In this document: positions 1 to 9,116 of the stretch, one piece after another
Layout: every line of letters starts with the position of its first letter
How positions within the stretch are numbered: position 1 is the first letter of the stretch
Source of the DNA: a virus
Virus record (IMG/VR): IMGVR_UViG_3300010413_000018
Location: 32,001 to 96,000 of that record
Length of the DNA stretch: 64,000 nucleotides
Strand: one strand, 5' to 3'
The notes under the pieces: model-generated
Database searches by the model: none
What the model was told of the DNA's origin: nothing
What the model saw: only the letters and a program-made list of their open reading frames with translations
Made by a program: the position numbers and the translations under genes

Positions 1-498
1 TCCTTTTGGTGCTGCTATTCCTGATTGCTGTAAGCTGGTGTTTGCCCGTTGTGCTAACCGCTTAAGCGCTAATGCTTTAACTTCTGGTTTTATTTGACTA
101 CTGCCGGCCGACTCAGCCGGTATTGACGCGGGTGCCCGGCTGGCTAATGGCACTGGCGTAATGTGATCTTTGTTAAAGCGAATGTCCATCTCCGTGCGAA
201 TCGCAACGACTGCTTCGCGTAAGTATCTCACGTTTTCTTCGTTCTGCGAAAAACGCGTCTTAGTGGCTTGCAGGGATTCTTTAACGATCCCTTTAAGTTC
301 GTTAATCTCTTGCGCTTGCGCTTCAACTGCTGCTGTTAACTTAAGGATTTCTTTGTCCCTTTTTGACATCAAAACGTCACACCCTAACGGTGCCAGCGCG
401 CCACAAATAGTAAGAAGCGCGGCTATAGCTGCTAAGATTGCCGCGCGTTTCTGCCACTTCTTTGTTGTTTCTGGAGATACCGACGAAGATCGGGCCAT
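1..498 (-). CDS. Membrane-anchored coiled-coil protein, 3'-truncated by the window edge (absent from the ORF track)
   Basis: Manual translation from ATG at 498: MARSSSVSPETTKKWQKRAAILAAIAALLTICGALAPLGCDVLMSKRDKEILKLTAAVEAQAQEINELKGIVKE...; open to position 1; one hydrophobic helix followed by a heptad region. Confidence 0.7.
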   Translation of the reverse strand, partial: MARSSSVSPETTKKWQKRAAILAAIAALLTICGALAPLGCDVLMSKRDKEILKLTAAVEAQAQEINELKGIVKESLQATKTRFSQNEENVRYLREAVVAIRTEMDIRFNKDHITPVPLASRAPASIPAESAGSSQIKPEVKALALKRLAQRANTSLQQSGIAAPKG

Positions 499-505
499 TG
501 CACCC

Positions 506-910
506 TCACAGTAAAGTTGGTTGGTGAAAAGGCGTTGAACTCATTTTCTCTAAGAATTCTCGACACTTTTTACCGTAGTGATTCACAATTGTTCCTGGAA
601 GATTATAACGCGTTTTAGTTATTTCTTTAGCTTCAACGCATCCAATATACAATAGCACATCTTGAGTTTTATTGGGATCATCCGCGAAGTGCGGATATAA
701 ATACGACGGCTCGTTCCCTAACGTATGCACCGGATGTGGGTCTAAGTATTTCACATGATGTGTGACCACTGTAACCGTTTGCGGCATGTTTTCCAACCTT
801 ACTTGCCACGCACGCTTCATCTCCATCAACTCTGTCATCTGCCACATTACAAATAAAAACGTACATATAGCAGCCAAAGTTATTGTCGTGAATCGCATGT
901 TAACCTCCAT
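506..910 (-). CDS. Hypothetical protein with N-terminal TM/signal anchor
   Basis: Hydrophobic ITLAAICTFLFVMW; GGAGG RBS before the second Met. Confidence 0.65.
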   Translation of the reverse strand: MEVNMRFTTITLAAICTFLFVMWQMTELMEMKRAWQVRLENMPQTVTVVTHHVKYLDPHPVHTLGNEPSYLYPHFADDPNKTQDVLLYIGCVEAKEITKTRYNLPGTIVNHYGKKCREFLEKMSSTPFHQPTLL

Positions 911-977
911 ATTCTAATTATGCGTAATTGGCAATTTTTTTGTAATCCTGCTACTTTAATCTCAAGAAGGAGCCCTT

Positions 978-1850
978 ATGGCATACCCAACTGGCATCGG
1001 CCTTTATCTACGCGGATTAACTCAAAAGAAACACGGCAGTCCGGCCGTCGCCGCTAAAATGGCGAAAGACCACGGTGTCTCGTTTGTTTGCCTAATGTCC
1101 GCCTGGCAAGACGTTAAAAAAGATACCGGTAAACCCTACATGCTGCACTCCAATGGTCGTGACGCCACCGTTATTGCGCAATACGCAGAAGCCTTCTCCA
1201 ATACTGATATAGAGGTATTAATTTGGGGATTTCCACGAGCTGGTGGGGAAGACGAATACATTGATCGACTTGGACACGTTACCGAAGTGTGTGATGGCAC
1301 CATCGGCGGATGGCTACACGATCCAGAAGTTTACTACAAGTGGAAACTAAAAAGCCAAAAGCCAGATATTACAATGCGCGGCCAGGAAGAATTCTCAAAA
1401 GACGCTAAACCTATTTCGACCAAAGCCTTATGGATCAAAGAGTGCGCACAAAAGCTAGTGCGACTTAGTTACCAAAATGATTGCTGCGGCGAAAAATTAG
1501 GATTCACCAGCTACGGTATGGCGCCGTACCACAAAATGTACCCTTGGGAAGTATTTGGTGGACACGGATTCGGTAGCCCTCAGCTTTACTCCGTAAGCCC
1601 AAAAGAAGTCGACTTAGGCATACGCGCTTGGCGTCAATACGGCTGGCAGCACATCATTCCTTCCGTCCCTTTGTTCGGAAAAAACAGCGAAGCCAAACTC
1701 CACGCGCACCTAAGCAACTTTGTCGACGGAGAAGAAAACATCACCGGTTTTCTCTTTTGGTCGTGGCAGCAAGCGTCTCCGCTTGAATGGAAAGTGATCA
1801 AGCGGTGGTCCGAATGGTTGCGGCGAGGTGCGTGTTCGCTACCTCTTTGA
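978..1850 (+). CDS. Putative glycoside hydrolase (GH25/GH18-like TIM barrel); candidate endolysin
   Basis: Alternating beta/alpha pattern; DxE motif (WLHDPE); GFTSYG and SPQLY segments; AAGGAG RBS. Confidence 0.5.
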   Translation: MAYPTGIGLYLRGLTQKKHGSPAVAAKMAKDHGVSFVCLMSAWQDVKKDTGKPYMLHSNGRDATVIAQYAEAFSNTDIEVLIWGFPRAGGEDEYIDRLGHVTEVCDGTIGGWLHDPEVYYKWKLKSQKPDITMRGQEEFSKDAKPISTKALWIKECAQKLVRLSYQNDCCGEKLGFTSYGMAPYHKMYPWEVFGGHGFGSPQLYSVSPKEVDLGIRAWRQYGWQHIIPSVPLFGKNSEAKLHAHLSNFVDGEENITGFLFWSWQQASPLEWKVIKRWSEWLRRGACSLPL

Positions 1851-2273
1851 TCCAGTTGGACTCGGTAAGCCGTATGGAAAGTCTAACGAGTGGCTCAAAT
1901 CGTTAATATGAATGTTTAAATCGCTCGCAGTAAAGTACTTGCAGATCAAGTTGCGCACTGTACGTGTTTCAAACGTACGACAAGAATACACGTCAAGTAC
2001 GCAGTAATGGTGCTCCGGCCACGAATGTAAGGCAGCGTGGGACGTTGACAGCACAACTACACCAGTAACCCCACCTTCATCCTCTTCGCACTCCATCCCC
2101 AGTTTTTCAACCTGAATGGGCACCGAATAACAAATCGGAGAAGCAAGCGCGCGCATTCCGATCTTCTCAACCAGATCGGCTAAAAATAAATGCACTTTTT
2201 TTGGAGAGCCTAGTGCTTCGCGCGAGCCAATAAACTTGACTTTAATGTGTTTACCTTTACGCGGGTCCATCAA
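1839..2273 (-). CDS. speD: S-adenosylmethionine decarboxylase (SpeD/SpeH class 1b) family pyruvoyl enzyme
   Basis: GVTGVVVLSTSHAALHSWPE...LDVYSC matches the family signature (canonical LxESHxxxHTWPE...DxxxC). Confidence 0.85.
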   Translation of the reverse strand: MMDPRKGKHIKVKFIGSREALGSPKKVHLFLADLVEKIGMRALASPICYSVPIQVEKLGMECEEDEGGVTGVVVLSTSHAALHSWPEHHYCVLDVYSCRTFETRTVRNLICKYFTASDLNIHINDLSHSLDFPYGLPSPTGSKR

Positions 2274-2292
2274 AACTACCTCCTAAGTAGTG

Positions 2293-2727
2293 TCAATTGT
2301 ACTCTTCGTCGTTAAATCCATCTCTATCGATGAATTCTTTTCCTAAAAGCCTAAATATACAAGACACAATTGATTTGGCTTTGCGAATCGGTGGATAACC
2401 ATACACTGGACCGCTAGGTTCAAAGCTAACTTGTGAAAAAAAGTTAATAAACGTTTTCAACGGTACGCCGTACTGAATCCCTAACGAAACCGCAATTGCC
2501 AAGCAATTAAAAAGACCACGAATAATAGATCCTTCTTTTTGAATATCAATAAAAATCTCACACAAAGATCCATCGTCGTATCGTCCGACTCCCAAATAAA
2601 ACTCATGCCCGGTCATTATTAATTTGAAAGTCTCGGATCTCCTCTTGTTCGGTGGCTTACGTGGATGGTGGTGTGATCCACAACTACACTCGTCGCATTG
2701 TTGATAATCGGTATCGTTTTCCAGCAT
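2293..2727 (-). CDS. Stand-alone TSCPD domain protein (class II RNR NrdJ C-terminal-like)
   Basis: YLGVGRYDDGSLCEIFIDIQKEGS...AIAVSLGIQYGVPL...FEPSG is typical of the NrdJ C-terminal domain; probable start MLEND at 2727. Confidence 0.8.
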   Translation of the reverse strand: MLENDTDYQQCDECSCGSHHHPRKPPNKRRSETFKLIMTGHEFYLGVGRYDDGSLCEIFIDIQKEGSIIRGLFNCLAIAVSLGIQYGVPLKTFINFFSQVSFEPSGPVYGYPPIRKAKSIVSCIFRLLGKEFIDRDGFNDEEYN

Positions 2728-2728
2728 C

Positions 2729-2980
2729 CTACACCGCCGAGTCCTTAAACCATACGTACCACACACGCAGTACATATCCAGCCAATACTACTGATTGTAA
2801 TACTAAAAATAAATTATGCGTTAAAACCGCTGACCAAATCCAAAATAACTGGGCCACAAGCATCACTGCTTGCCCTGAAGCTTGTTTGCGTTCAATCCCA
2901 TACATCGCGCGTAAAACCAGTACGAATGCTATAAAGCTTACTATTTCTTTCCCGTATTGTTCAAGCATGGCACCTCTCAC
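2729..2980 (-). CDS. Small multi-pass membrane protein
   Basis: 83 aa with about three hydrophobic segments; couples to neighbouring genes. Confidence 0.55.
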   Translation of the reverse strand: MRGAMLEQYGKEIVSFIAFVLVLRAMYGIERKQASGQAVMLVAQLFWIWSAVLTHNLFLVLQSVVLAGYVLRVWYVWFKDSAV

Positions 2981-4710
2981 AAAACCTTGATAGTACCGTT
3001 ATTAACTTCTAAGTGCAACGCCACGTCAAGATAATCTTGAACATAGCGCGAATGCGAAATTACAACTATTGGACGTTCTTTCGCCATTTCCGACAATGCT
3101 TCAGATACTGCGGCGACGCCCGACGCGTCAAGGCTGTCAAACACCTCGTCAAAAAACAGCGTTCCTTGATCAATGCCTTGCGCAGCATTCGCAACCGTCG
3201 CCATCGCCATCGTTAAAGATACATCCACACGACGCCGCTCACCACCGCTAGCTGCCTTATAGCCGTATCCCCCACCAAAGCCATGCACGATCAACGACAG
3301 CTTATCGGACACTGCTCCCGATCCCTTTTCAGAATACGGCTTTAGCTCAAGAGACGCGTTAGGTGGATCATCGGTAATCTTAGCTAGCCAATAACTAGCC
3401 AACGACTCAATACCGCTCAACGCGTGGCCTAACACCTGAGTGCGCACTCCGCGCAAACCTAGTACACCCTCCACTGCTTTTAGAAACTTAACGCGATCCG
3501 CACAATCGCGTACAGCCTTTATTTTCCCTTTTATAGTAGCGTGTAACGTGACGCGCGCGCTTTCAAGGCTGGCAACTTTAGCTTCTTCATCACGCACTCT
3601 TTGCTCCGCACGCGCAACCCGATCGTCGTGCTGCTTTTGCTTAGCCGCGCGCACGCGCTCATTAGCAACGCGGAGCTTTCCGTCAGCGTTGTTTACTTGT
3701 TGGCGTAGTTCCCTAATTTGGGTAGTCTTAGCGGCTCGACTTTTTTCTAACGCAGAGTTTTCGGTAGTGGCTAGCGCTTTTACTTGCTTCACACGATCCA
3801 CCAATGCTTGCAAACTAACAATAATGGATTCGCGCATTTCTTTCGGAATGTCTTGATGGCACGTTGGACACTTCCCTTTTGTCAGCCCAACAGTCTCATT
3901 TTGCTTGATCTCCAACTTGGTCTCCGCTTTTGTTACTGATGCTTCCAACTCACGCATTCGCGATGCCATGGTTTGCAAGCTATCTTCTTCCGCACTTAGT
4001 GCTTCACGTAAGTGTGCTACCGCGTTTTCCAAGTCTGTAATCTCTTCCGGTGTAGGCGGTTTATCCTCTTCTTCGTCGTCTAATCCTTGCTCCAGCGTTT
4101 CTCTGGCTAAACGGAGGGTTTCTTCCGCACGCGCCTTTTGATCCTTCAACCCAGAGTAGCGTATCTTCTCTTGAGTAAGCTCGCGCTCTTCCCGCTCCAA
4201 ATCACGCTCTGCAAGGCGAAGATCTTCCCGACATAGCTTTAGCCCTCCGTCGAAGCATTCAAGCCCTAAGAAGGCCTCTATGAGCCGTTTACGCTCGCCG
4301 TCGGTCGCAAGCGTAAAGTGAGACGCGTCGTGTGAAGAAAACACATGTGTGCGTTTCCATAAGTCCCACGACATTATGGCGCTTTCCAACGCTTCTTTTG
4401 CCTTGGTTTGGGTGTTAAACCTCTTTCCCCGTACCGAGTTTAAATCCAACGATACTTTTCCGCCTTTTGTGGACTTTCGTGTTACTTCTACGTCACCGGC
4501 TGAAACCGTTACAAAACCGGCTACGTCTTTTTGCCAAGGCGTGGCTCCACGCAGTGTCTTCCCCCAGATACCAGTAGACACTGCCTCAATAATTGTTGAC
4601 TTTCCAGCACCGTTTTTTCCAGTGATCAACACTATTCCCGATGCTGGAAGTTCAACATTCACCTGTGCATACTTAGCGAAATTCTTTGCTTCAATGGTTT
4701 TTACCAGCAT
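2977..4710 (-). CDS. sbcC: Rad50/SbcC-like (T4 gp46-like) recombination ATPase
   Basis: Walker A GKNGAGKS, coiled coil with CPTC zinc hook, signature SGGERRR, Walker B FFDEVFDSLD, ISH switch. Confidence 0.93.
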   Translation of the reverse strand: MLVKTIEAKNFAKYAQVNVELPASGIVLITGKNGAGKSTIIEAVSTGIWGKTLRGATPWQKDVAGFVTVSAGDVEVTRKSTKGGKVSLDLNSVRGKRFNTQTKAKEALESAIMSWDLWKRTHVFSSHDASHFTLATDGERKRLIEAFLGLECFDGGLKLCREDLRLAERDLEREERELTQEKIRYSGLKDQKARAEETLRLARETLEQGLDDEEEDKPPTPEEITDLENAVAHLREALSAEEDSLQTMASRMRELEASVTKAETKLEIKQNETVGLTKGKCPTCHQDIPKEMRESIIVSLQALVDRVKQVKALATTENSALEKSRAAKTTQIRELRQQVNNADGKLRVANERVRAAKQKQHDDRVARAEQRVRDEEAKVASLESARVTLHATIKGKIKAVRDCADRVKFLKAVEGVLGLRGVRTQVLGHALSGIESLASYWLAKITDDPPNASLELKPYSEKGSGAVSDKLSLIVHGFGGGYGYKAASGGERRRVDVSLTMAMATVANAAQGIDQGTLFFDEVFDSLDASGVAAVSEALSEMAKERPIVVISHSRYVQDYLDVALHLEVNNGTIKVL

Positions 4711-4714
4711 CCGC

Positions 4715-5527
4715 CTACTCTTTCGTTAATACTTGATGCAATTCCTCAATCGTCATGAACGGAACAAAAAAGCGAAAGTCCTTCCGCTGAATGCCTGGCG
4801 TCGGCATCGTATACGGCGGTACACGATTTAAGTACTGCGGATACGCTTCCATACCACGCGCGAACTTACCTTTGGAATTCAGCGCATCCTGCCACGGTTT
4901 CCATAACGGAGATGCCCGCCCTGCTTTCGCCGGCCGTACCAACCAGTCACCGTCTACCGCTCCGATCGTTGATCCTTTTCCCTCAAACGTACGCACCCAA
5001 GGGTTTCTAGTTGTATGACCAGCGGTAGTGTGAGCATACACCTTCACCCACGGCCGACCGGCTTTACAAAACTCATCACGTACCTGATCGGCGAATCCTC
5101 CTTCACCTCCGGGACCGAGTTTTGTTTGATTTGCTTTTGGGGAGCCGGGAACGTCGCCGGTTAGGCAACAGTAAAGGATTATGTGAAGGGGATGTTCGGC
5201 GTCTTTTCCGTTGGCAGTGATAGAAAGAAGGAGATGTGCGAGATTGCCAGCATCTTCGCAACGGACCCCGCATTGTATGCCCTTTGACCATCCATGCATA
5301 AAGAATGCGACGTCATTAAACATCATGGCGTCGTCGTTTAATTCTTTGAAAGCTGTGTATAAATCGGCTCGTCGACCCGGCATACTTTTCGATACATCAA
5401 TGCGAATTGTTTCGTGGTTGCCGGGGATCACTTTTGCGAAGCGGTCGGCTTCTGGACTAAACGCACCGGTATAGTCCTTCTTCCCGTTAGTGTTACGGTC
5501 GCCTGTAATAATCAAAGTATCGCCCAT
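4715..5527 (-). CDS. Putative caspase-hemoglobinase-fold cysteine protease (DUF4347/C80-like)
   Basis: Strand-His-Gly (VAFFMHGW) and strand-Cys (IILYCCLTG) in the order and spacing of clan CD proteases. Confidence 0.5.
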   Translation of the reverse strand: MGDTLIITGDRNTNGKKDYTGAFSPEADRFAKVIPGNHETIRIDVSKSMPGRRADLYTAFKELNDDAMMFNDVAFFMHGWSKGIQCGVRCEDAGNLAHLLLSITANGKDAEHPLHIILYCCLTGDVPGSPKANQTKLGPGGEGGFADQVRDEFCKAGRPWVKVYAHTTAGHTTRNPWVRTFEGKGSTIGAVDGDWLVRPAKAGRASPLWKPWQDALNSKGKFARGMEAYPQYLNRVPPYTMPTPGIQRKDFRFFVPFMTIEELHQVLTKE

Positions 5528-5528
5528 T

Positions 5529-5753
5529 TTATAACCCTTTCTGCTCGAACTTTAGTAGTGTGTTTAAAACCGTTTCGTAGTCCTCTTGCACAACGATATC
5601 ATCGTTGATCTCTTTGACGTACAGACGCGTTGCGCTTTCATCTTCTTCGTATGAACTCAACGCGGCTATTTCCCTCGGCCGTACAAAAAGCACTTTATTA
5701 CCGCGCCGTAGAGTAAACTTAATAAACTCGCCTTGCTGTTTTTCTTTTGCCAT
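5529..5753 (-). CDS. Hypothetical small phage protein
   Basis: 74 aa; AAGGAG RBS; beta-rich, VQEDYETV tail. Confidence 0.65.
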   Translation of the reverse strand: MAKEKQQGEFIKFTLRRGNKVLFVRPREIAALSSYEEDESATRLYVKEINDDIVVQEDYETVLNTLLKFEQKGL

Positions 5754-5762
5754 CGTCGCTCC

Positions 5763-6398
5763 TTACGAATAGATTGAAATATCGTCGAATAATACCGGCA
5801 CCCGCGCCTGCACCTCATCACAAAGAGGTACCATGAGTTGACGCATTTGCGGATGCGCGCGTGGACTAGTACGTTGAAAGAAAATGTGCCCCCATTGGCG
5901 AAGATTCGCAGTCGCGACGATCTCAGTCTTAAGACCGGTCGGTAGAACAGAACGCGCTTCTTCCGGTTTAGCTCCGTCGTCTAGCAGTTTAAAGTACTGT
6001 TCTTCGGCTTGCTCGCAGCTCTTTTTCCATTCCTGATAAACCCGTTCGCCCTTCGCAAAAAACAACGGCTCAATGACGGTTATCTCTCCACCAAACTTCC
6101 CCTTGGCGTAGTTACAATAGCGTGTGCTTTCTTGAGAATACGATACCAACCTATGGCGAACCAACTCATGCGTGAATCCCCTTTCACACACGAACTTAAC
6201 CGTCATAGTGGAATGCTCAATAACGCTCAGATGTGCCGGCCGATGCGACAGTAAGCGCTTAATAAATTCCAATGCAGACGTGTCGGTGATTTTGTCTTCC
6301 GACTTATAACACGTACGTCCGGCCAGTTCGATAAGCTTCAACACTTCAAGCCCATCGTCCAGTTTTAAGATCTCGTAGCTTGGCTCAAGTATTCTCAT
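5763..6398 (-). CDS. thyX: FAD-dependent thymidylate synthase
   Basis: HLSVIEH, THELVRHRLVSYSQESTRY, EEARSVLP, NLRQW, AHPQMR motifs. Confidence 0.97.
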   Translation of the reverse strand: MRILEPSYEILKLDDGLEVLKLIELAGRTCYKSEDKITDTSALEFIKRLLSHRPAHLSVIEHSTMTVKFVCERGFTHELVRHRLVSYSQESTRYCNYAKGKFGGEITVIEPLFFAKGERVYQEWKKSCEQAEEQYFKLLDDGAKPEEARSVLPTGLKTEIVATANLRQWGHIFFQRTSPRAHPQMRQLMVPLCDEVQARVPVLFDDISIYS

Positions 6399-7510
6399 TT
6401 TCCTACCTTTCCTTTGGTTAGATATTCCTTTGCTTTGTGGTAAATCTGTTTACGATCCAGCCCCTCTTCCACTTCCATCTTATCGATGAACGCGGCGAGC
6501 GCTGCTTCCAAAGTGTTTTGTTCGCGCGCTGCGGTCGCGGCGTTGCACGCCGATTTCTCCGCTGTTTTCTTGTCCGGCACCACTTCAACTTCGGACACGT
6601 GCTTATCATCCAAAAGTTCTTTTCGGTACCCTTGCGCTTCAGTCATACGATCGGATTCCGCAGTAATCTGCAGATATACCGGACCGAGGTATTCCTTCGC
6701 TTTTTCAATAAGTTCATCATCGTCGATGCTCGCCTGTACAAAACGCGGTCCACTGATTTGATGGAGCTTTACCGATCGCTCATCAGGGTCAAACACGGCC
6801 AGTTTTCCGTACCCAGTTAAACCTGGATTGTCATAACCGGTCGGTACCAACGCACCAATCTGAATGATCTCACAGTTGTTATGCTGCCAGCGCTCGTGAA
6901 AGTGAAAGTTTCCGGCAACCACAAAGTCAAGCTTCAGCTTCTCAACCAAGCGCTTTAGCGTGTCCAACTTTATGGAATCCGGCGCGTCCCGTAAAAACTT
7001 CGGTGTACCACTGTGAGTTATTCCAGCATGAAACGCCAAAGCTCGCGCTCGCGACGAATCAACCGATGATGAAAACAGATCGCTAGCGGCTTTCGCTACT
7101 AACTTCTCCGATGACCCTGGCTGGAACGGAACACACGCTAACTCAACGTTAGAAAGCCGCATCAGCTTCGGCTCGTCAATGACATGCGCAACAGGTGCCA
7201 ACGGTCCAAGCGCATGGTCGCCTTTTTCGTTCGTAACAATCTCATGGTCGCCCAACACAAGCACAATGTCCAATCCAGCCTGCTTAATGGTAGTTTGCAG
7301 TAACGCTATAATCTGTGGTTCCATCCGCACGTAGTCTAAAAAGTCGCCGGCTACTAGCAGTACTCCACACTTCTCACGTTTTGCTACCGCGATCGCTTCA
7401 TCAAACGCGGCTAGGATCAAACAGCACCGCGTGTTCATTCCAGCGTCTACTTTACCGCCATGCCGCTTATGATTCCCCACATGAATGTCACTTACACACG
7501 CTATACGCAT
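6395..7510 (-). CDS. sbcD: Mre11/SbcD-like (T4 gp47-like) metallophosphoesterase nuclease
   Basis: SDIH, AGDFLD, GDHE, FHAG, GNFH motifs; lies near the Rad50 partner; probable start MRIAC. Confidence 0.85.
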   Translation of the reverse strand: MRIACVSDIHVGNHKRHGGKVDAGMNTRCCLILAAFDEAIAVAKREKCGVLLVAGDFLDYVRMEPQIIALLQTTIKQAGLDIVLVLGDHEIVTNEKGDHALGPLAPVAHVIDEPKLMRLSNVELACVPFQPGSSEKLVAKAASDLFSSSVDSSRARALAFHAGITHSGTPKFLRDAPDSIKLDTLKRLVEKLKLDFVVAGNFHFHERWQHNNCEIIQIGALVPTGYDNPGLTGYGKLAVFDPDERSVKLHQISGPRFVQASIDDDELIEKAKEYLGPVYLQITAESDRMTEAQGYRKELLDDKHVSEVEVVPDKKTAEKSACNAATAAREQNTLEAALAAFIDKMEVEEGLDRKQIYHKAKEYLTKGKVGK

Positions 7511-7530
7511 TGGCTTTAACCTCCATTTAA

Positions 7531-7827
7531 TCACCAAAATCCGCCCTGGTTTTCGTTCTCATCCGACGGTATGGCGTCAGACCGTAAAATCGCAGACTGT
7601 TGATCATACCCAACGCGCTTTGCGCACGTGTCCATATCAGTAGCAAACGCAAGGCGCCCTTCCGTGTAACCCGTCTTGTACTCCTCCGCTAAATCCGGAC
7701 GAGTCTTATGCTCAATAAACGACGTGTTCATCACTTTGTCGCCAGCTCCGTCACGCCACCCGCGCCGATACGCGTGGAATAACTCACTCGGAAGCTTCTG
7801 TTGTTTCTGTTTCATCGAGTAAGGCAT
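7531..7827 (-). CDS. Hypothetical protein with weak ribosome-modulation-factor-like motifs
   Basis: AYRRGWRDG ... YKTGYTEG. Confidence 0.5.
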   Translation of the reverse strand: MPYSMKQKQQKLPSELFHAYRRGWRDGAGDKVMNTSFIEHKTRPDLAEEYKTGYTEGRLAFATDMDTCAKRVGYDQQSAILRSDAIPSDENENQGGFW

Positions 7828-8818
7828 TTGCTACCTCCACATTTTCAGGTACATCCCAACCAAGCGCCGCAACACTTTCTTTGTACGCTTTGGTGCTCAT
7901 TTTTGTATCCTTCGCAATAACTCCACGATCTTTCGCATGGGAAAGTGTCGTCCACGCGTTATTCCAACCGGAAGCGTAGTCCAAACGCACCAACGCTTTA
8001 CGATACGGCGGACTAAATCGACTCTTCACTACCAAGAAAGTGATTACCTTCGCTATGTGATCGTTGGTTTTGTTATCCTTTACGGCTTTACCGCCGAGTA
8101 GCTGCAAGCGTAACGATGCGTGAAACTTCACCGCTTTACCGCCAGGTGTGGTGTCTTTGTTTCCAAATACTACACCCACCTTTTCACGTAGTTGATTAAT
8201 ACACACCATGCAAACTTTTGATCGCTTAATGCGCGGACCAATAATGCGCATGGCTCGTGATAGCGCTGCAGCCTTTTTGGCCGCGTGTTCCTTGGTGTCA
8301 AATCCTTCCTCAAACTCCGCTTTCGTAGACGCTGCCGCTATTGAATCCCAAACTATTACGGACGGCCCAACGTCTTTTTCAGCTTCTAGCGTACGTAAAA
8401 ATACGTCAACACCTTCCAACAGTTCTTCAATATGATCTGGTTGAGCGAGAAGTAAATCGTTAGTGTTCACACCAAACAACTGCGCGCGCTCTGGATCAAA
8501 CGACTGCTCCGAATCCCACAACGCGGCTAATCCTCCAGCGCGCTGAGCTGCGGCTAGAAAAGAATAACCCAGAGAGGTCTTCCCCCCACCTTCTTCTGAA
8601 AACAACTCTACTATGCGACCGGCCGGTAAACCACCAATACTGAACAGAAAGTTATCGATCACTTCTACACCAGTCGGAATAACGTGCTCAACAGACTGTA
8701 TTTGTAGGCCTTCCCGTAGTAGTGTCACCGAGCCTTTTCCCAACGCTTTATTAATCGCGTCGAAAACCGCTTTTACGTGGTCCGCTTTTTTTGTGCTAGC
8801 TGCTGCTTTCTTCGCCAT
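7784..8818 (-). CDS. recA: RecA/UvsX recombinase
   Basis: GGLPAGRIVELFSEEGGGKT, IVWDSIAA, INQLREKVGVVFG, TTPGGKAVKFHASLRL. Confidence 0.95.
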   Translation of the reverse strand: MAKKAAASTKKADHVKAVFDAINKALGKGSVTLLREGLQIQSVEHVIPTGVEVIDNFLFSIGGLPAGRIVELFSEEGGGKTSLGYSFLAAAQRAGGLAALWDSEQSFDPERAQLFGVNTNDLLLAQPDHIEELLEGVDVFLRTLEAEKDVGPSVIVWDSIAAASTKAEFEEGFDTKEHAAKKAAALSRAMRIIGPRIKRSKVCMVCINQLREKVGVVFGNKDTTPGGKAVKFHASLRLQLLGGKAVKDNKTNDHIAKVITFLVVKSRFSPPYRKALVRLDYASGWNNAWTTLSHAKDRGVIAKDTKMSTKAYKESVAALGWDVPENVEVANALLDETETTEASE

Positions 8819-9116
8819 CTTCTTCCTCAGCTTCAGTAATATCGCACTCAGCGGCTAAAAGCCTAATGTTATGTTTTAGGTACGCGGACACTTTTTTAAA
8901 ACCTTCATCTTCCATGTCACTAGTAAATCCGCGAAACTTAGTACGCGCTGGATACGCACGTGTGATAACACCGTTTTCGTCTTCTTCATATTCTATTACC
9001 CAACCAAACAAATGAAGAATTCTATTTGCAAACCAGATTAACCCAGTTTCTTGAAATTCTTTCCACGACTTTTCTTTGATCCACTCAATCTTATTGGCCA
9101 TCTTCATTCCCTTCAA
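8796..9116 (-). CDS. Hypothetical phage protein
   Basis: SWKEFQETGLIWFANRILHLFGW; operon-coupled. Confidence 0.65.
   Translation of the reverse strand: MKGMKMANKIEWIKEKSWKEFQETGLIWFANRILHLFGWVIEYEEDENGVITRAYPARTKFRGFTSDMEDEGFKKVSAYLKHNIRLLAAECDITEAEEEDGEESSS

Noticed and set aside
170-514. 114-aa plus-strand ORF
   Set aside because: Shadow of the truncated minus-strand ORF 1-498, which has a coherent TM plus coiled-coil structure
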